In this document: piece after piece, positions 27,671 through 40,200 of the stretch
Position numbering within the stretch: position 1 is the stretch's first letter
Layout: every line of letters starts with the position of its first letter
Assembly: GCF_006345805.1 (NCBI RefSeq)
Contig: NC_043009.1
Coordinates: 58,032,001-58,096,000 of the forward strand
Reading direction: 5' to 3'
DNA length: 64,000 bases
Source: Octopus sinensis
Lineage: Eukaryota
Made by a program: the position numbers and the translations under genes
Notes under the pieces: model-generated
Told to the model about the DNA's origin: nothing
The model's input: the letters and a program-made list of their open reading frames with translations, nothing else
The model's database searches: none

Positions 27671-27680
<10 letters not shown>
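27480..27680 (+). mobile_element. Possible Helitron/HINE-like non-autonomous fragment
   Basis: aagtttcatcaaaatcgat...ggaggagttagc...cacagacaga...tatata resembles DINE/HINE-type ends and the Helitron end seen in this window. Confidence 0.35.
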
Positions 27681-27713
<33 letters not shown>

Positions 27714-28165
27714 GTTATGTTATAGATATATTGTGTGTGTCTGTGTGTGCGTACGTCCGTGTGCTTAGATGTACAACTCATAGTGAGCCAGTATGGAACC
27801 ATATATATATATATGTGTGCGTGAGTGTGTGTGCGTGCATGCGTGTGTGTGGCGTGTGTGTGTGTATGAATAGAATTCTCTATTCGCTTATCTTATAAAT
27901 GTATATAATATAAAGTATTTCTATATTACCTCCCACACAATTCGAAATATATATTTGTTTCGCCTATGCATGCTTGTATGCATGTATTACATATAGACAT
28001 GCACGCGTACGTTTAGAGTTTTGCTTCCGCAGTTATTTCAGCTTATAGATATGTTAATTTGATAGCATGATTAAATGATAGTTCTAGTTATGCATTCCCG
28101 TGTACAAGTACGTACAATTCATATACATCCTCTTTTTTTCAAACATTAGGCAGAATAACTTTCAG

Positions 28166-28440
28166 AAAGGATCATGAAATGGAGATATATATTATACCAG
28201 GTTGGATATCACGCAATCCAACCACATTTAAATCAAATGGTTTTAGACGCTGACTTTACGCTTAAGGCTACAGAATTAAAAGAGTTATGGCGGAATATCT
28301 ATATGGCGGTTCATGCTTTTATAAAGAGCAGCGTCACCATTCCTATCATAAATAAAATACGAAAAGCTTGTAAAGTAAGAGAGGATAATATCGTTGATGA
28401 TACTGAGTTCCAAGATAAATGTCATTACATTTCTGGGTAG
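28166..28440 (+). CDS. Candidate coding exon/ORF, product unknown (RIMKWRYILYQVGYHAIQPHLNQMVLDADFTLKATELKELWRNIY...DKCHYISG)
   Basis: About 90 open codons of non-repetitive, protein-like composition. Possible acceptor actttcag| before 28166. Possible donors AAA|gtaaga (about 28375) and TGG|gtagga (about 28437). Confidence 0.35.
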
Positions 28441-29134
28441 GATTGTTCAGTAAGTCATGATTTGAGATTAAGAGACAAAAAATTTAAATCTCAACCACAA
28501 CACAGGACATCATCATCATTACCGTCAGCATCGGCAGCAACGGCAGCTGCAATAATAGCCTCGTCGACACCAATATCACAAGATATGACATCAAGGCCAC
28601 CACCTCTACCAAACCACCATCACCAACGAACCATCAACCACAGCACCATTACCATCACCATTGCCATTACAACTACCACGGTCAACATAATCACCATAAT
28701 CACCACCACTACCACCACCACTACTACCACCACCACCACCACCACCACCTCTATAACAACCACTGGCATCATTATCGTCATCATCATCATCATCACCTAC
28801 ACACCACCACCACCACCACCAGTACCGTCACCACCAAGATCACCGTCACCACCACCACCACCACCACTACAACCAGCACCGATATCATTATCATTATCGT
28901 TACCATCACCTACACACCACCACCACTTTCGCCGCCACCACCATCACCGTCACCACCGTCACCACCAGCACCACCATCACCACCGACAATTAAATCATTG
29001 ACTGCAAGAACGAAATAATTAAAAGCACAAATATTATGTCCTAGTTTCCAATATATCTGGGATTGGTTTTTGCAACAATCATCAGTTTTATATCAATTAT
29101 TATTAGAAAGAACAATATGAGAGCAAAATGGCAG

Positions 29135-29325
29135 AAACGACAGAAGCCCGGATAATATACTTAGGTGGCATTCGCCCGACTTTACATTCTGAGTTCAAAT
29201 TCAGGTATGGTTGACTTTGACGTTGACTTTCGTCTTTCCGATGTCGATAAAATAAGTACCAGTTGACTATTGGGGGTCGATGTAATCGATTATACCACTG
29301 CCAAAAATTTAAGGCTTCATGAAAG
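29135..29325 (+). mobile_element. SINE family B-like, degraded
   Basis: ggcagaaacg...ctgagttcaaattc...tcgataaaataagtaccagtt...ggggtcgatgtaatcga. Confidence 0.7.
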
Positions 29326-29329
29326 GATT

Positions 29330-29558
29330 TACTCTTTTACTTGTTTCAGTTATTTCACTGCGGCCATGTTGGAGCACCATATTTAGTCGATCAAATCGAC
29401 CCCAGGACTTATTCTTTCTAAGCCTAGTACTTATTCTATCGGTCTCTTTTGCCGAACGCTAAGTTACGGGGACGTAAACGCACCACCGTCGGTTGTCAAG
29501 CGATGTTGGGGTGACAAACTCAGACACACAAACACACATACATACATACATATATATA

Positions 29559-29597
<39 letters not shown>

Positions 29598-29760
29598 GAC
29601 AGGCTTCTTTCAGTTTCCGCCTACCAAATCCACCCACAAGGCTTTGGTCAGCCCGAGGCTATAGTAGAAGACACTTACAGAAGGTGCCACACAGTGTGAC
29701 TGAACCCGGAACCATGTGGTTGGCAAGCAAGCTACTTACCACACACCCACTCCTGCGCCT
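29330..29760 (-). mobile_element. SINE family A, full length
   Basis: Head, internal (TA)n and tail match the family. Confidence 0.9.
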
Positions 29761-29784
29761 ATTAGAAATAATACAAATATCAGT

Positions 29785-30005
29785 AAGGCACCGAGCTGCC
29801 AGAACCGTTGGCACGCCGGACAAGATTCTTAGCGGCATTTCGCCCGTCTTTACGTTGTGAGTGTGACATTACTTTTATATTTTTGACTTTGCCAAGATTA
29901 GCTTTCCTTTCATCCTTTCGGGATCGATAAAACGAATAACAGTCCCTCGACTTACCTCTCCCCGGAAATTTCAGGCTGTGTGCTTACAATAGAAAGGATT
30001 ATTGC
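29785..30005 (+). mobile_element. SINE family B-like, degraded
   Basis: gagctgccagaaccgttggcacgccgg...ttcatcctttcgggatcgataaa. Confidence 0.65.
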
Positions 30006-30339
30006 TGATACCAGAATATATGCCGAGGTATATTTGAGGGTAGAGAAAGGTTATACAGTGGTGAATGTGCGAGTATTTGAACAACCAGTACCCTATTCTT
30101 TGGTGTAAGCTAGCTTTGTGAATAGTCAAAGGAAATAACACCCCCTGTAAAAATATTTGCATTTTAATTATATTTTTTCCTAAATAATGTTTATTAAATA
30201 TTTGGGCTTATTTTTTTTATTTTCTCTGATATTCTTATAAAAAAAAAAAATTCTATTCCGTTTACTTTATTTTACTTTGAGGCTAATTTTTGCCAAAAAC
30301 AGATCGATAATCTATTCTCAGACGAAATTTTTTTCATTA

Positions 30340-30425
30340 AATACTGTGGTAATAATAATAGTACTACTACTATTAGTAGTCGTAGTAGTAGTGGCAGTAG
30401 TAGTGTAATACCAATAATGATAAAG

Positions 30426-30477
<52 letters not shown>

Positions 30478-30673
30478 TGATAATGCAGATAATAATAATA
30501 ATTATAACAAGAACGACAATAATGATTATAGTAATCATGATAATAATGATGATGATAATGATATTAATAATAACATTAAAACAATAATGTTAATAAAAAT
30601 CATAACAACAATAATGACAAGAATAACAAGAAAATAAAAAAAAGATAGTAATAATAACAATAATAATAATAAC

Positions 30674-30716
<43 letters not shown>

Positions 30717-30783
30717 GCAGATGGGAGTGATGATGATGATGATGATAATAATATTACGAATAATAATATTACGAATAATAATA

Positions 30784-30853
<70 letters not shown>

Positions 30854-30970
30854 TAATAATAGTAACAGATGACGGTGATGATGATGATTATGATGATGAT
30901 AATAATGACGATTTTGATGATGCTGATGATGATGATAATAATAATATTACGAATAATAATAATAATAATA

Positions 30971-31021
<51 letters not shown>

Positions 31022-31035
31022 TAATAATAATAATA

Positions 31036-31112
<77 letters not shown>
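30340..31112. repeat. (AAT/GAT)n compound microsatellite
   Basis: Direct observation. Confidence 0.95.
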
Positions 31113-31703
31113 GGATAATAACAATGACAGCAGCTACCAACAGAACTAGTAATTAAAGAAATGCTAAATTACACCAAACTTGGGTATTGTGTTTCCATAA
31201 CATTTTGTTAATATCTTCTTATTAATTTTTGGAAATTGCTTCGTCTTGTAATGTCTTAATTTTTTTTCACTCGCTTTCCCTGTAAATCTGTGTCAGACAT
31301 TTCCTGTACATTGATGCTATTCTATGCGTTTGTATTTGTAAATGTGTGTTTTAATACCGGTGGCTATGTGTGCGCGTGTATACACACACACACATACACA
31401 CACATATATATATGTATGTATGTATTATGTATATGTGTGTGTGTGTGTCTGAAGCTGTGTGTGTGTATGCGTGTGTTCGTTTACTCGTGTGAATCTGTAT
31501 ATATATAAAAAGGAGTCTGTATTTGTGAGTTTGAACATGTGTGTTGTGTATGTGTGTCTGCATTTGTGCAACTGTCGTTATGTGTGTAGTGGAGTCTGTA
31601 CGCATGAGTGTATGTCCTTACGTATATATACAAGCGTGTATGTATGACGTGTAATTATACACTCACAGAGATTTATATTTGCATACGTATATCTATATCT
31701 ATA

Positions 31704-31777
<74 letters not shown>

Positions 31778-31954
31778 GGTGAATTTATGTGTATGTCTAT
31801 ATAGATGTCTGGTATATGCATGTATGTAATTGATTGCACTAGAGTGTATGTATGTTGTATGGGATTATGTAAATATATGTTTATGTGTCTGCAAATAATC
31901 TACATATATATATTGATCAAATATACATAATTACATACATGCATACATACATAC

Positions 31955-31999
<45 letters not shown>

Positions 32000-32050
32000 T
32001 GTATGTATATGCATATATATATGTGTGTGTGTATATAGATATGTATATAA

Positions 32051-32101
<51 letters not shown>

Positions 32102-33589
32102 CGTGTATATGTACATACATATACAAATATACTTGCCCACACAACTACACACACAACACTAAGATTTGTATTTATATCGGCAGCCATTACAGCGTATAAA
32201 AGAAAGGTACTGACAGTTATCGTTCAGAAAACTGAGGTCAACTGACAATGATACGATGCATGGTTCTCACCCTCACCTACTTTCTTAATACAACAGCCTC
32301 CACAATAACCCACACGCCCTAGTTCAGATATATATGCAACCTTTTTACTAAAGGTTGCACACTGAACGAGAAATGTCTAAACCATTTTAGACAGGTGTAT
32401 GTATCCTTTACTATGCAATGGCAGAAAGTAGTTCTTTCTGAACCGCCTCCTTCGGTTTCAGTCTTTTCTACAGGATACAATCTCTTGACTAGATCCGGAA
32501 CATATTCTACATTCAGATAAACGGTGAACGACTGAAAATTCATAATTTCCCTGTCTCTCCCGGAGATGCTTTCAATTATTTGCCGCAAAAGTGTTATGGA
32601 TATAGAAATTCTCAATCAAATAAAGACAAGTCTCTTTATTTCCACACTATAAAAACATGATCGACAAGGTTCTGAAATATAATGTACATTACTGATTCGC
32701 GCCTCTCCTCTAGCGTTCGCTAAGGCAAGTTATACCGTGTTTATCGTATGTCTGGTGGTTTAATAAAGAAGTTCACTGTAATACTGAAAATAAGTTCAAG
32801 ATGATTAATATGGACTGTTCGAGAGAGGAGCATAAAGATAAAGTTTGAGGGAAAGTGAGGCTGTTGATGAGTGCTTTATTAGCTAGAAACCTGTCGCCTT
32901 ATATTCTCCGAAGATGACAAATGTTTTTCAGAGATGTGGGCTGTCCTGTCTCCATAGATATATGAATGAAACTGATAGAGTAGGACTGAAAATATCTCAG
33001 CTACGATATCAAGAGTCATTTGACAATAGATAACCTGCTGGAAAACAGGTAAAATTCGGTGGGAGAATAATTGAAAGGATAACAGCGCTTAGTAGACCAT
33101 ACAGACTGCTGTTCTGAACGTATCAGCAGAACAAATCTATCTCTCAGTTCTAGAATATAACTATAAATGACCCATCTCGCATCTTTACCTACGAACACCA
33201 ACATATCGCTTCGATTACGTTGATGAAGTAGTGGAGAACAAACTGAGGTGTCAATGACAAATATAAATAATAATATCGAGCCTACCAAAAATATAAGTCG
33301 TCCGGCCCACGGGGAAACATAAGCTTCACAGTCGTTCAATGATAACTCACAAATATGATGGAACACTCGAAATTTGACGATGATGACAACGCATTAATTG
33401 GAAAGGATTTAATAGATTTAAAAGATTAAAAGATTTAAGAAAGACACTGAGAACATAGAACATTGGTAAAATATTTTGATTTCATACTTTTGGGGATGTA
33501 GTGGGATGAACGTTATCAACTAATCCTTAGTTTTAGAGATAACTGGATTTATGCCTAAATTAGAAGAAATTATATTATTATTCATCTCC

Positions 33590-33826
33590 CGGGGCCGACT
33601 TTGTCTTTCATCGTTTCGGTGTCGATAAATTAAGTGCCAGTCAAGTACTGGGGTCGATGTGATCGAATTACACACAAAATCCAAGCCTTGTGCATATAGT
33701 AGAAAGGAATATCATTATTAATACCATTTAATTGCTGGAGTCGATATCACGAAATATGTTAAAACATCCGTCATTTTTAATTCCTTTCCGAGACGTAGAA
33801 GCAACAGTAACGGTAGCAGAAGATGC

Positions 33827-33909
<83 letters not shown>

Positions 33910-34028
33910 TATTATTATTATTATTAAGCACCAGTTACGCACTGGGGTCGATGTAATCGACTTAATACCTATGTCTGTCCTTGTTTGTCCCCTCTATGTT
34001 TAGCCCCTTGTGGGTAATAAAGAAAATC
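33590..34028 (+). mobile_element. Two SINE family B fragments flanking an (AAT)n tract
   Basis: Core ggccgactttgtctttcatc...ggggtcgatg at 33590-33720; tail ccagttacgcactggggtcgatg...gtaataaagaaa at 33930-34028. Confidence 0.7.
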
Positions 34029-34079
34029 ATTATTATTATTATTATTATTATATTATTATTATTATTTGTAGTAGTGGTA

Positions 34080-34114
<35 letters not shown>

Positions 34115-34840
34115 TGTAGTAGTAGTAGTAGTAGTAGTAGCTATTTACTAATGTTCCTTGCTATATATTGGTACAAACGGATGATGAAAATAGCATTTTT
34201 TCTGAAAGCAAAACAAGCTGAACAGGAACATAGAATTTTCTCACCATAATATCAGTTCCAAGAATTGCAGAATTGTCGATAGTGTTTCTCTTTTTCTCTT
34301 TTCTGTGTTTTTTTTTCTTTTCCTTTTCGCAGAAAGAAATTAGAACCAAGGGCTCCAACAATTATTGACATCTAGCCTGTCCTTGTTTTCTCGAATATTT
34401 ATTGTTCTAAACTAAACTCTCCCTGCTCTTGTGAATTTAGTTTGATATTTATTTCACGTAATATTGTGGTTCCCATTTATAAGAAAGAACATTATCGATT
34501 AGTACACTTCTGTTTGCTGTCTATATTTTTTTTTCTAATCGATGGCCACAATATCATCGCATCTCCATCGTATTTACTGAACCGACCTAATTGGATTTTA
34601 ATGTCATTTAAATAGTTTTTGTTTGCCTGTTTGTATGCCAGGAACTTTTCGATTACAAATTCCTACCATCTCACAGAGATTTAAAATAGATATTTTCGTC
34701 TCAGTTTCCTCATGGATATTAAAGCTTTCCGTTCTGGCGTCGCTAATTTCGTTTCATCAAGTGCAGTTTCAGACACTGATCACGTGGATCACATTTTCGA
34801 TCGCCCCCCGTAACTTCAACGTTATTTACAGTCCTCCAGA

Positions 34841-34907
<67 letters not shown>

Positions 34908-34921
34908 ATATATATACATAT

Positions 34922-35291
34922 ATAGGCGCAGGAGTGGCTGTGTGGTAAGTAGCTTGCTAACCAACCATATGGTTCCGGGTTCAGTCCCACTGCGTGGCAT
35001 CTTGGGCAAGTGTCTTCCGCTATAGCCCCGGGCCGACCAATGCCTTGTGAGTGGTTTTGGTAGATGGATGTATATATATATATATGTGTGTGTTTGTGTG
35101 TCTGTGTTTGTTCCCCTAGCATGGCTTGACAACCGATGCTGGTGTGTTTACTTAGCGGTTCGACAAAAGAGACCAATAGAATAAGGACTAGGCTTACAAA
35201 GAATAAGTCACGGGGTTGATTTGCTCGACTAAAGGCAGTGCTTCAGCATGGCCACAGTCAAATGACTGAAACAAGTAAAAGAGTAAAAGAG

Positions 35292-35292
<1 letters not shown>
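34922..35292 (+). mobile_element. SINE family A
   Basis: Head TAGGCGCAGGAGTGGCTGTGTGGTAAG; tail gtaaaagagtaaaag. Confidence 0.9.
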
Positions 35293-35325
<33 letters not shown>

Positions 35326-35337
35326 ATATACATACAC

Positions 35338-35375
<38 letters not shown>

Positions 35376-35434
35376 CTGTGTGTGTCTGTGTGTATGTGTG
35401 TGTGGCATTTATATATATATATATACTATCTCTC

Positions 35435-35666
35435 TTTTTACTCTTTTACTTGTTTCAGTCATTTGACTGTGGCCATGCTGGAGCACTGCCTTTAGTCGAG
35501 CAAATCGACCCCAGGTCTTTTTCTTTGTGAGCCTAGTCCTTATTCTATTGGTCTCTTTTGTCGAACCGCTAAGTTACGGGGGATGTAAACACACCAGCAT
35601 CGCTTGTGAAGCGATGTTGGGGGGACAAACCCAGACACACAAACATATACACACACATACATGCAT

Positions 35667-35733
<67 letters not shown>

Positions 35734-35912
35734 CATATGCATATATACGACGGGCTTCTTTTAGTTTCCGTCTACCAAATCCATTCACAAGGCCTTGGTC
35801 GGCCCGTGGCTATAGTAGAAGACACTTGCCGAAGATGCCACGCAGTTGGACTAAACCCGAAACCATGTGGTTCGTAAGCAAGCTACTTACCACACAGCCA
35901 CTTCTACGCCTC
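35435..35912 (-). mobile_element. SINE family A
   Basis: Reverse-complement copy with an expanded internal (TA)n(GA)n tract. Confidence 0.9.
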
Positions 35913-35939
35913 CTATATATATCTATATCTATCTATCCA

Positions 35940-35980
<41 letters not shown>

Positions 35981-35981
35981 A

Positions 35982-36027
<46 letters not shown>

Positions 36028-37349
36028 AGATATAAGTTCCTTTATTGATCTAATGTTTTAATGGTTACGTAATCGTGTATAGATAATAGGGAATCGGTAT
36101 TTTCCTGCCATCTTGCTCGACAGTTCGTCCGCTTCAAAATCCTTTGTGTCTTTGTCAAGCAGTCTTTAATGTAATATATTTGCTTTTATCTCCCATTACT
36201 CACCGTTTTCTGTTTTTCTCTCTCAGACTCTCTCGCTGTTTGTTTATTCTGTACGCACTTACAACACCAACCCTTAGCTAACGTATCCAGCCATCAAACT
36301 CTTAGATGCTGTTATTTTTTTTGTTATTTTAGTTTGTTTGTTTGATTGGTAGCTCCAGCGTTCACCGCTAATATCACAGAGACTATCGAAGATGATAAAA
36401 AAAAAAAGAGCCTATGTTTTATCAATAAATACTAAGCTCCGCCCAAAGAAAAATAGAGAAAAAGAAAATCAGAAAATAAACCCCACAAAAAGATTAAGAA
36501 ACAAAAACGTACAGATAAAAATTGTTTACTTTCATATTACGCCATTTTGTATTCCTGTTTTTATTTTTTTTTTTTTTTTCTTCAACAAGTTATTTTGGAT
36601 ATAAATTATGCCACCCACTTCTATTTAACATGTCGTATACTGGATGAACTGTGGTTTATATAAAAATATAATTATTAACACTTAGAAAACAAACAAAAAA
36701 GAAACTAAACAAAAAGAAACACACCAGAAATACATTCAATCACATATAACATAGCAACACAATTTCAGATATTGGTGACTAATTAGCGACTAAAAGAGAT
36801 AACAGAGTACAATAGATTTAACGAAATGGTCTTTCGTACAGCTGAGATCATCGATTTGAGACGGTTCAGTTTTTATATTTAATGATTTTTTTTTTATTTC
36901 AGCGTGGCCTACTTCGTCTGAATTTTGGTTGAACTCGATCCAACCCAGTTGCGTTTCGACGGCAGTGATTTTAGTAGGAGTGTGTTGTTGGTTGTTGAAT
37001 TGCTAGTAGCGAAGGTTAGTGATAGTTTGGGCAGCGAATGGCGGCGTGAAGGAGTAGTAATAGAAACAGTGATTGTAGCACTGGTTGTCTATATAGTATC
37101 GGTGGTGGTGATGGTGGTATTAATATTGTTAGTGTTATCAGTAAAGATCGTGACGAGATGTTGGTATAATTATAGCAGTGGTAACGGTGGTGACCATGGT
37201 ATTGTTAGTATTTGTTATGTTAGTGGTTGTAGTGAAAATGGTGGTGGTGCTGGTGCTGGTAGTGGTAGTAGTAGAGTTGATATTTGCTGTGTTACTGACA
37301 GTATAGTGGTATTCATATTTCTGATGGTAGCCGTGGAAATGGGGCTGAT

Positions 37350-37470
37350 GTGGTTGCTGGTCAAAGTGCATAGCTTAGTGGTTTCGAATTCGACTCTCAA
37401 TCTTAATGTGGTGAGTTCGATACCCGCAGAGCATTGTACTCTTGAGCAAGACACTTTATTTCTAATGCTA
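37350..37470 (+). mobile_element. Degraded tRNA-headed SINE with CORE-like segment
   Basis: gcatagcttagtggtt...gagttcgatacc (A/B boxes) followed by gtactcttgagcaagacacttt. Confidence 0.5.
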
Positions 37471-37533
37471 TTGAAGTCAACTTTACTTATCCTCTTTCTG
37501 AGAATGGGGATAAAATAAATTGCTTGTGAAGTA

Positions 37534-37785
37534 CAGGGCTCAATAGTATAGATTTACCTCCCACAAAAATGCTGATCTTGTGCCTAAATAAACAACCAAG
37601 GCTCGATAGTAAATATTTACCGCTCTCAAAACCGCTGATCTTGTGCCTAAATAAACAATCAGGGCTCGATAGTAAAGCTTTTCCTCCCTCAAAGCTGCTG
37701 ACCTTGTGCCTAAATAAACAATCAGGGCTCGATAGTAAAGATTTACCTCCCTTAAAATTGCTGGCCTTGGGTCTAAATAAACAAC
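37534..37785 (+). repeat. 63-bp minisatellite, 4 units
   Basis: Units start at 37534, 37597, 37660 and 37723 (cagggctcgatagtaaagatttacctccc...ttgtgcctaaataaacaat). Confidence 0.95.
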
Positions 37786-38719
37786 CGTTATTACTGAATG
37801 CTTTGTCTTCACTGTGATTTTTCAACAGCCAAAAGAAAAGAGTTAAATTTGTGTGTATTAGTTCCTCCCTTCCTTGGCTATGAACTACTACGAGGAATTA
37901 CAATCTATATAATAGAATAAGAAAGGGAAACAGCCAACCAAGAATCGAAACTACAAAGCGAAATCAATAAAATTCTCGGACGTTCTACAACTTCTTCTGC
38001 TGTATGTTGTCCAAATTTCGATTAGATATTTTTCATTAAATGAGATCTAAATGTTGAAATTGATTTAATGATTGCTAAGTTTAACGTCCGGAAAATACCC
38101 ACGTTGATGGATAATCTTCATATACCGGATTATATTGAATTGGCCAGTCTGTGAATGACAGAGCGATTAACTCCCGAGTGATTCATAATGTAAGGTTGGG
38201 TCATCAACTGTCACCAATACGTGGCTCTCGTCATTCAGTTTCCAAAGATTAAAGTGATAATCGCTTTGAGGTTTAATAATAGTAGATGTTTCATAACAGA
38301 AGCAGCAACAGCAACAGTAACAACAACAAGAAAAATTGTGATAATGCTAATGTTGACGATGAAGGAATAGGCAAAGGGTGTTTACGAGAAGAAAACGGAC
38401 ATATTTATTATGGAGGTGGTATAGTCGACAGAAGTCGCTCTACTACCCTTTGTACAATAAATTTTAGCGACCCTGAAGTGATGCAAAGCAAGACCAACTC
38501 ACGCATGATTTGAATTACCGAACCAAGAGGAATTGTAACTCAGCTCTTTAAGGTACCAAATGATTTCCGCTATTCTATTACCTCATCACAGAGACGTAAG
38601 TTTGAAGGCGAGAAGACTACATGTATAATCATGTCTCTTTAGTAGGCTGCTCCTTGTTTTATAGAACTTGGATGAACAATAAATGTGACATAAGTAGAAA
38701 ATCAAAATCAAGTAGTTTG

Positions 38720-38998
38720 TTCCTTCTCGAGCCACAGCTGGCTCATAAGGGCCGGTTTCCCGGTTTCCTTGCGGTATAGGTTCCCCACCTAAACGGGATG
38801 AGCAGGTGAGCTGCAAGATGCAGGATGAAAGAGTGAGAGAAAGTTGTGGCGAAAGAGTCCGCAGTCATTACCTTCTGTCGGAGCCGCATAGAGCTTAGGT
38901 GTTTCGCTCATAAACACACATCATCACCCGGTCTGAGATTTGAACACGCGAGCCCTCGATCAGGTGTCCGCTGCTCTAACCACTAGGCCATGTGCCTA
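38720..38998 (-). mobile_element. tRNA-derived SINE family C, tail variant 2
   Basis: Head GGCACATGGCCTAGTGGTTAGAGCAGCGGAC, B box GGTTCAAATCT-like, core GCGAAACACCTAAGCTC shared with the 53308 and 56228 copies, but a different 3' tail. Confidence 0.8.
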
Positions 38999-39929
38999 CA
39001 CAAAATCAAGTAGTAAAGGGACGTAAATAATAAATTAGCAGATTAATATAAATCATTTAGTCCAATTCATTAGGATTCTGCTATCCGTCACTCACTTGCA
39101 AGCAAAATCATTTATATAATATTAATTTATAACATAGGCAAAAGGCCAAGTGGGAAGGAAGCGCCGATTATATTGACTCCGGATATGTGAAAGACAAAGT
39201 TGTCCTCTGCAAAAGTTCAGCTCATTACGTAAAAGACGGTCACTAAATGTAGCAAGTTATCTTCTCCGACCTTCTGTACAACACATACAATACATCACAT
39301 ACTAACCTTCTGCATAATACAACACATGCCCTTACATAATAGATTCCTCAACACTTTCTTTACAGTTGTCATCGTTGATATAGCATTAATCTCACAAAGA
39401 CATTTATTACACTAGCGATTCCGAGAAATGTGCATCCCAGGAAATTGTTGATTAATTTTAGCATCCCCACAAAGATATTATCACTTTTCAACAAGGGGAT
39501 GTCGATTTTATAATAATTGATTAATTATTTTCGCTTTAAAATTTGAGCCACACACAATACTGTGGGTGAGCAATTTGAACAAAAATAAAATGAAATAAAA
39601 TAAGACATTTGACTCAGTGGTTAAAATGCAAATCTGATTTAAAGGGAAAAACCCCTCCAAATAAAATTCTAGTTGTGAACGAAAGCCGATGACTTCTTTG
39701 TTCCTGCTTCGCATTCGTGATTTAATGAAATTGTGAAATTTTCTTGGTATTCAATTGGAATCAGGTGACTCGGTGATTTGTACCTTGATTGACAAAAGAG
39801 AACTGAATCCAGATTACGTAAGTCACTGAAATTGGAATGAGAACAGTTTTTGGAGATAATCTGCTAAGTTTAAAATAGACACATGAAGAGTAAAAAAGCT
39901 CTTATTCTGTGGTATTTTATCTTTTGTAT

Positions 39930-40130
39930 TTTGGTTGTTTCAATCATTAGAAGTCAACCATGCTGGAGCAATGCCATGAAGAATTTTAGTCGGAAGAATC
40001 GACTTCAGCATTTATTTCCTTTTTAGCCTAGTACTTATTCTATCGAGTTTTTGCCGATGCGCTAAGTTAAGGGGAGGCAAAAAAGAACATGAACACCGAT
40101 TGTCAAACGCTAGTGGGAGGTATATATAGA
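39930..40130 (-). mobile_element. SINE family A 3' half (its 5' half lies at 42950-43092)
   Basis: ccatgctggagca...tagcctagtacttattctatcg...gctaagttaagggga...accgattgtcaa matches the family A tail. Confidence 0.7.
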
Positions 40131-40200
40131 ATATAGACACACGCGCGCGCACTCATACATTCACGCGTACACATCAACATACATACATGCATATACAAAT

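Noticed and set aside
32474-32523. Exon-like segment with good acceptor and donor (ttttctacag|...ACG|gtgaac)
   Set aside because: Stops in all three frames and no other support.
36903-37010. Strong acceptor tttttttatttcag followed by WPTSSEFWLNSIQPSC...
   Set aside because: Runs into low-complexity GT-rich DNA, with no donor and no recognisable product.
37534-37785. CRISPR-like regular repeats
   Set aside because: The units are contiguous with no unique spacers, there are no cas genes, and the context is eukaryotic.
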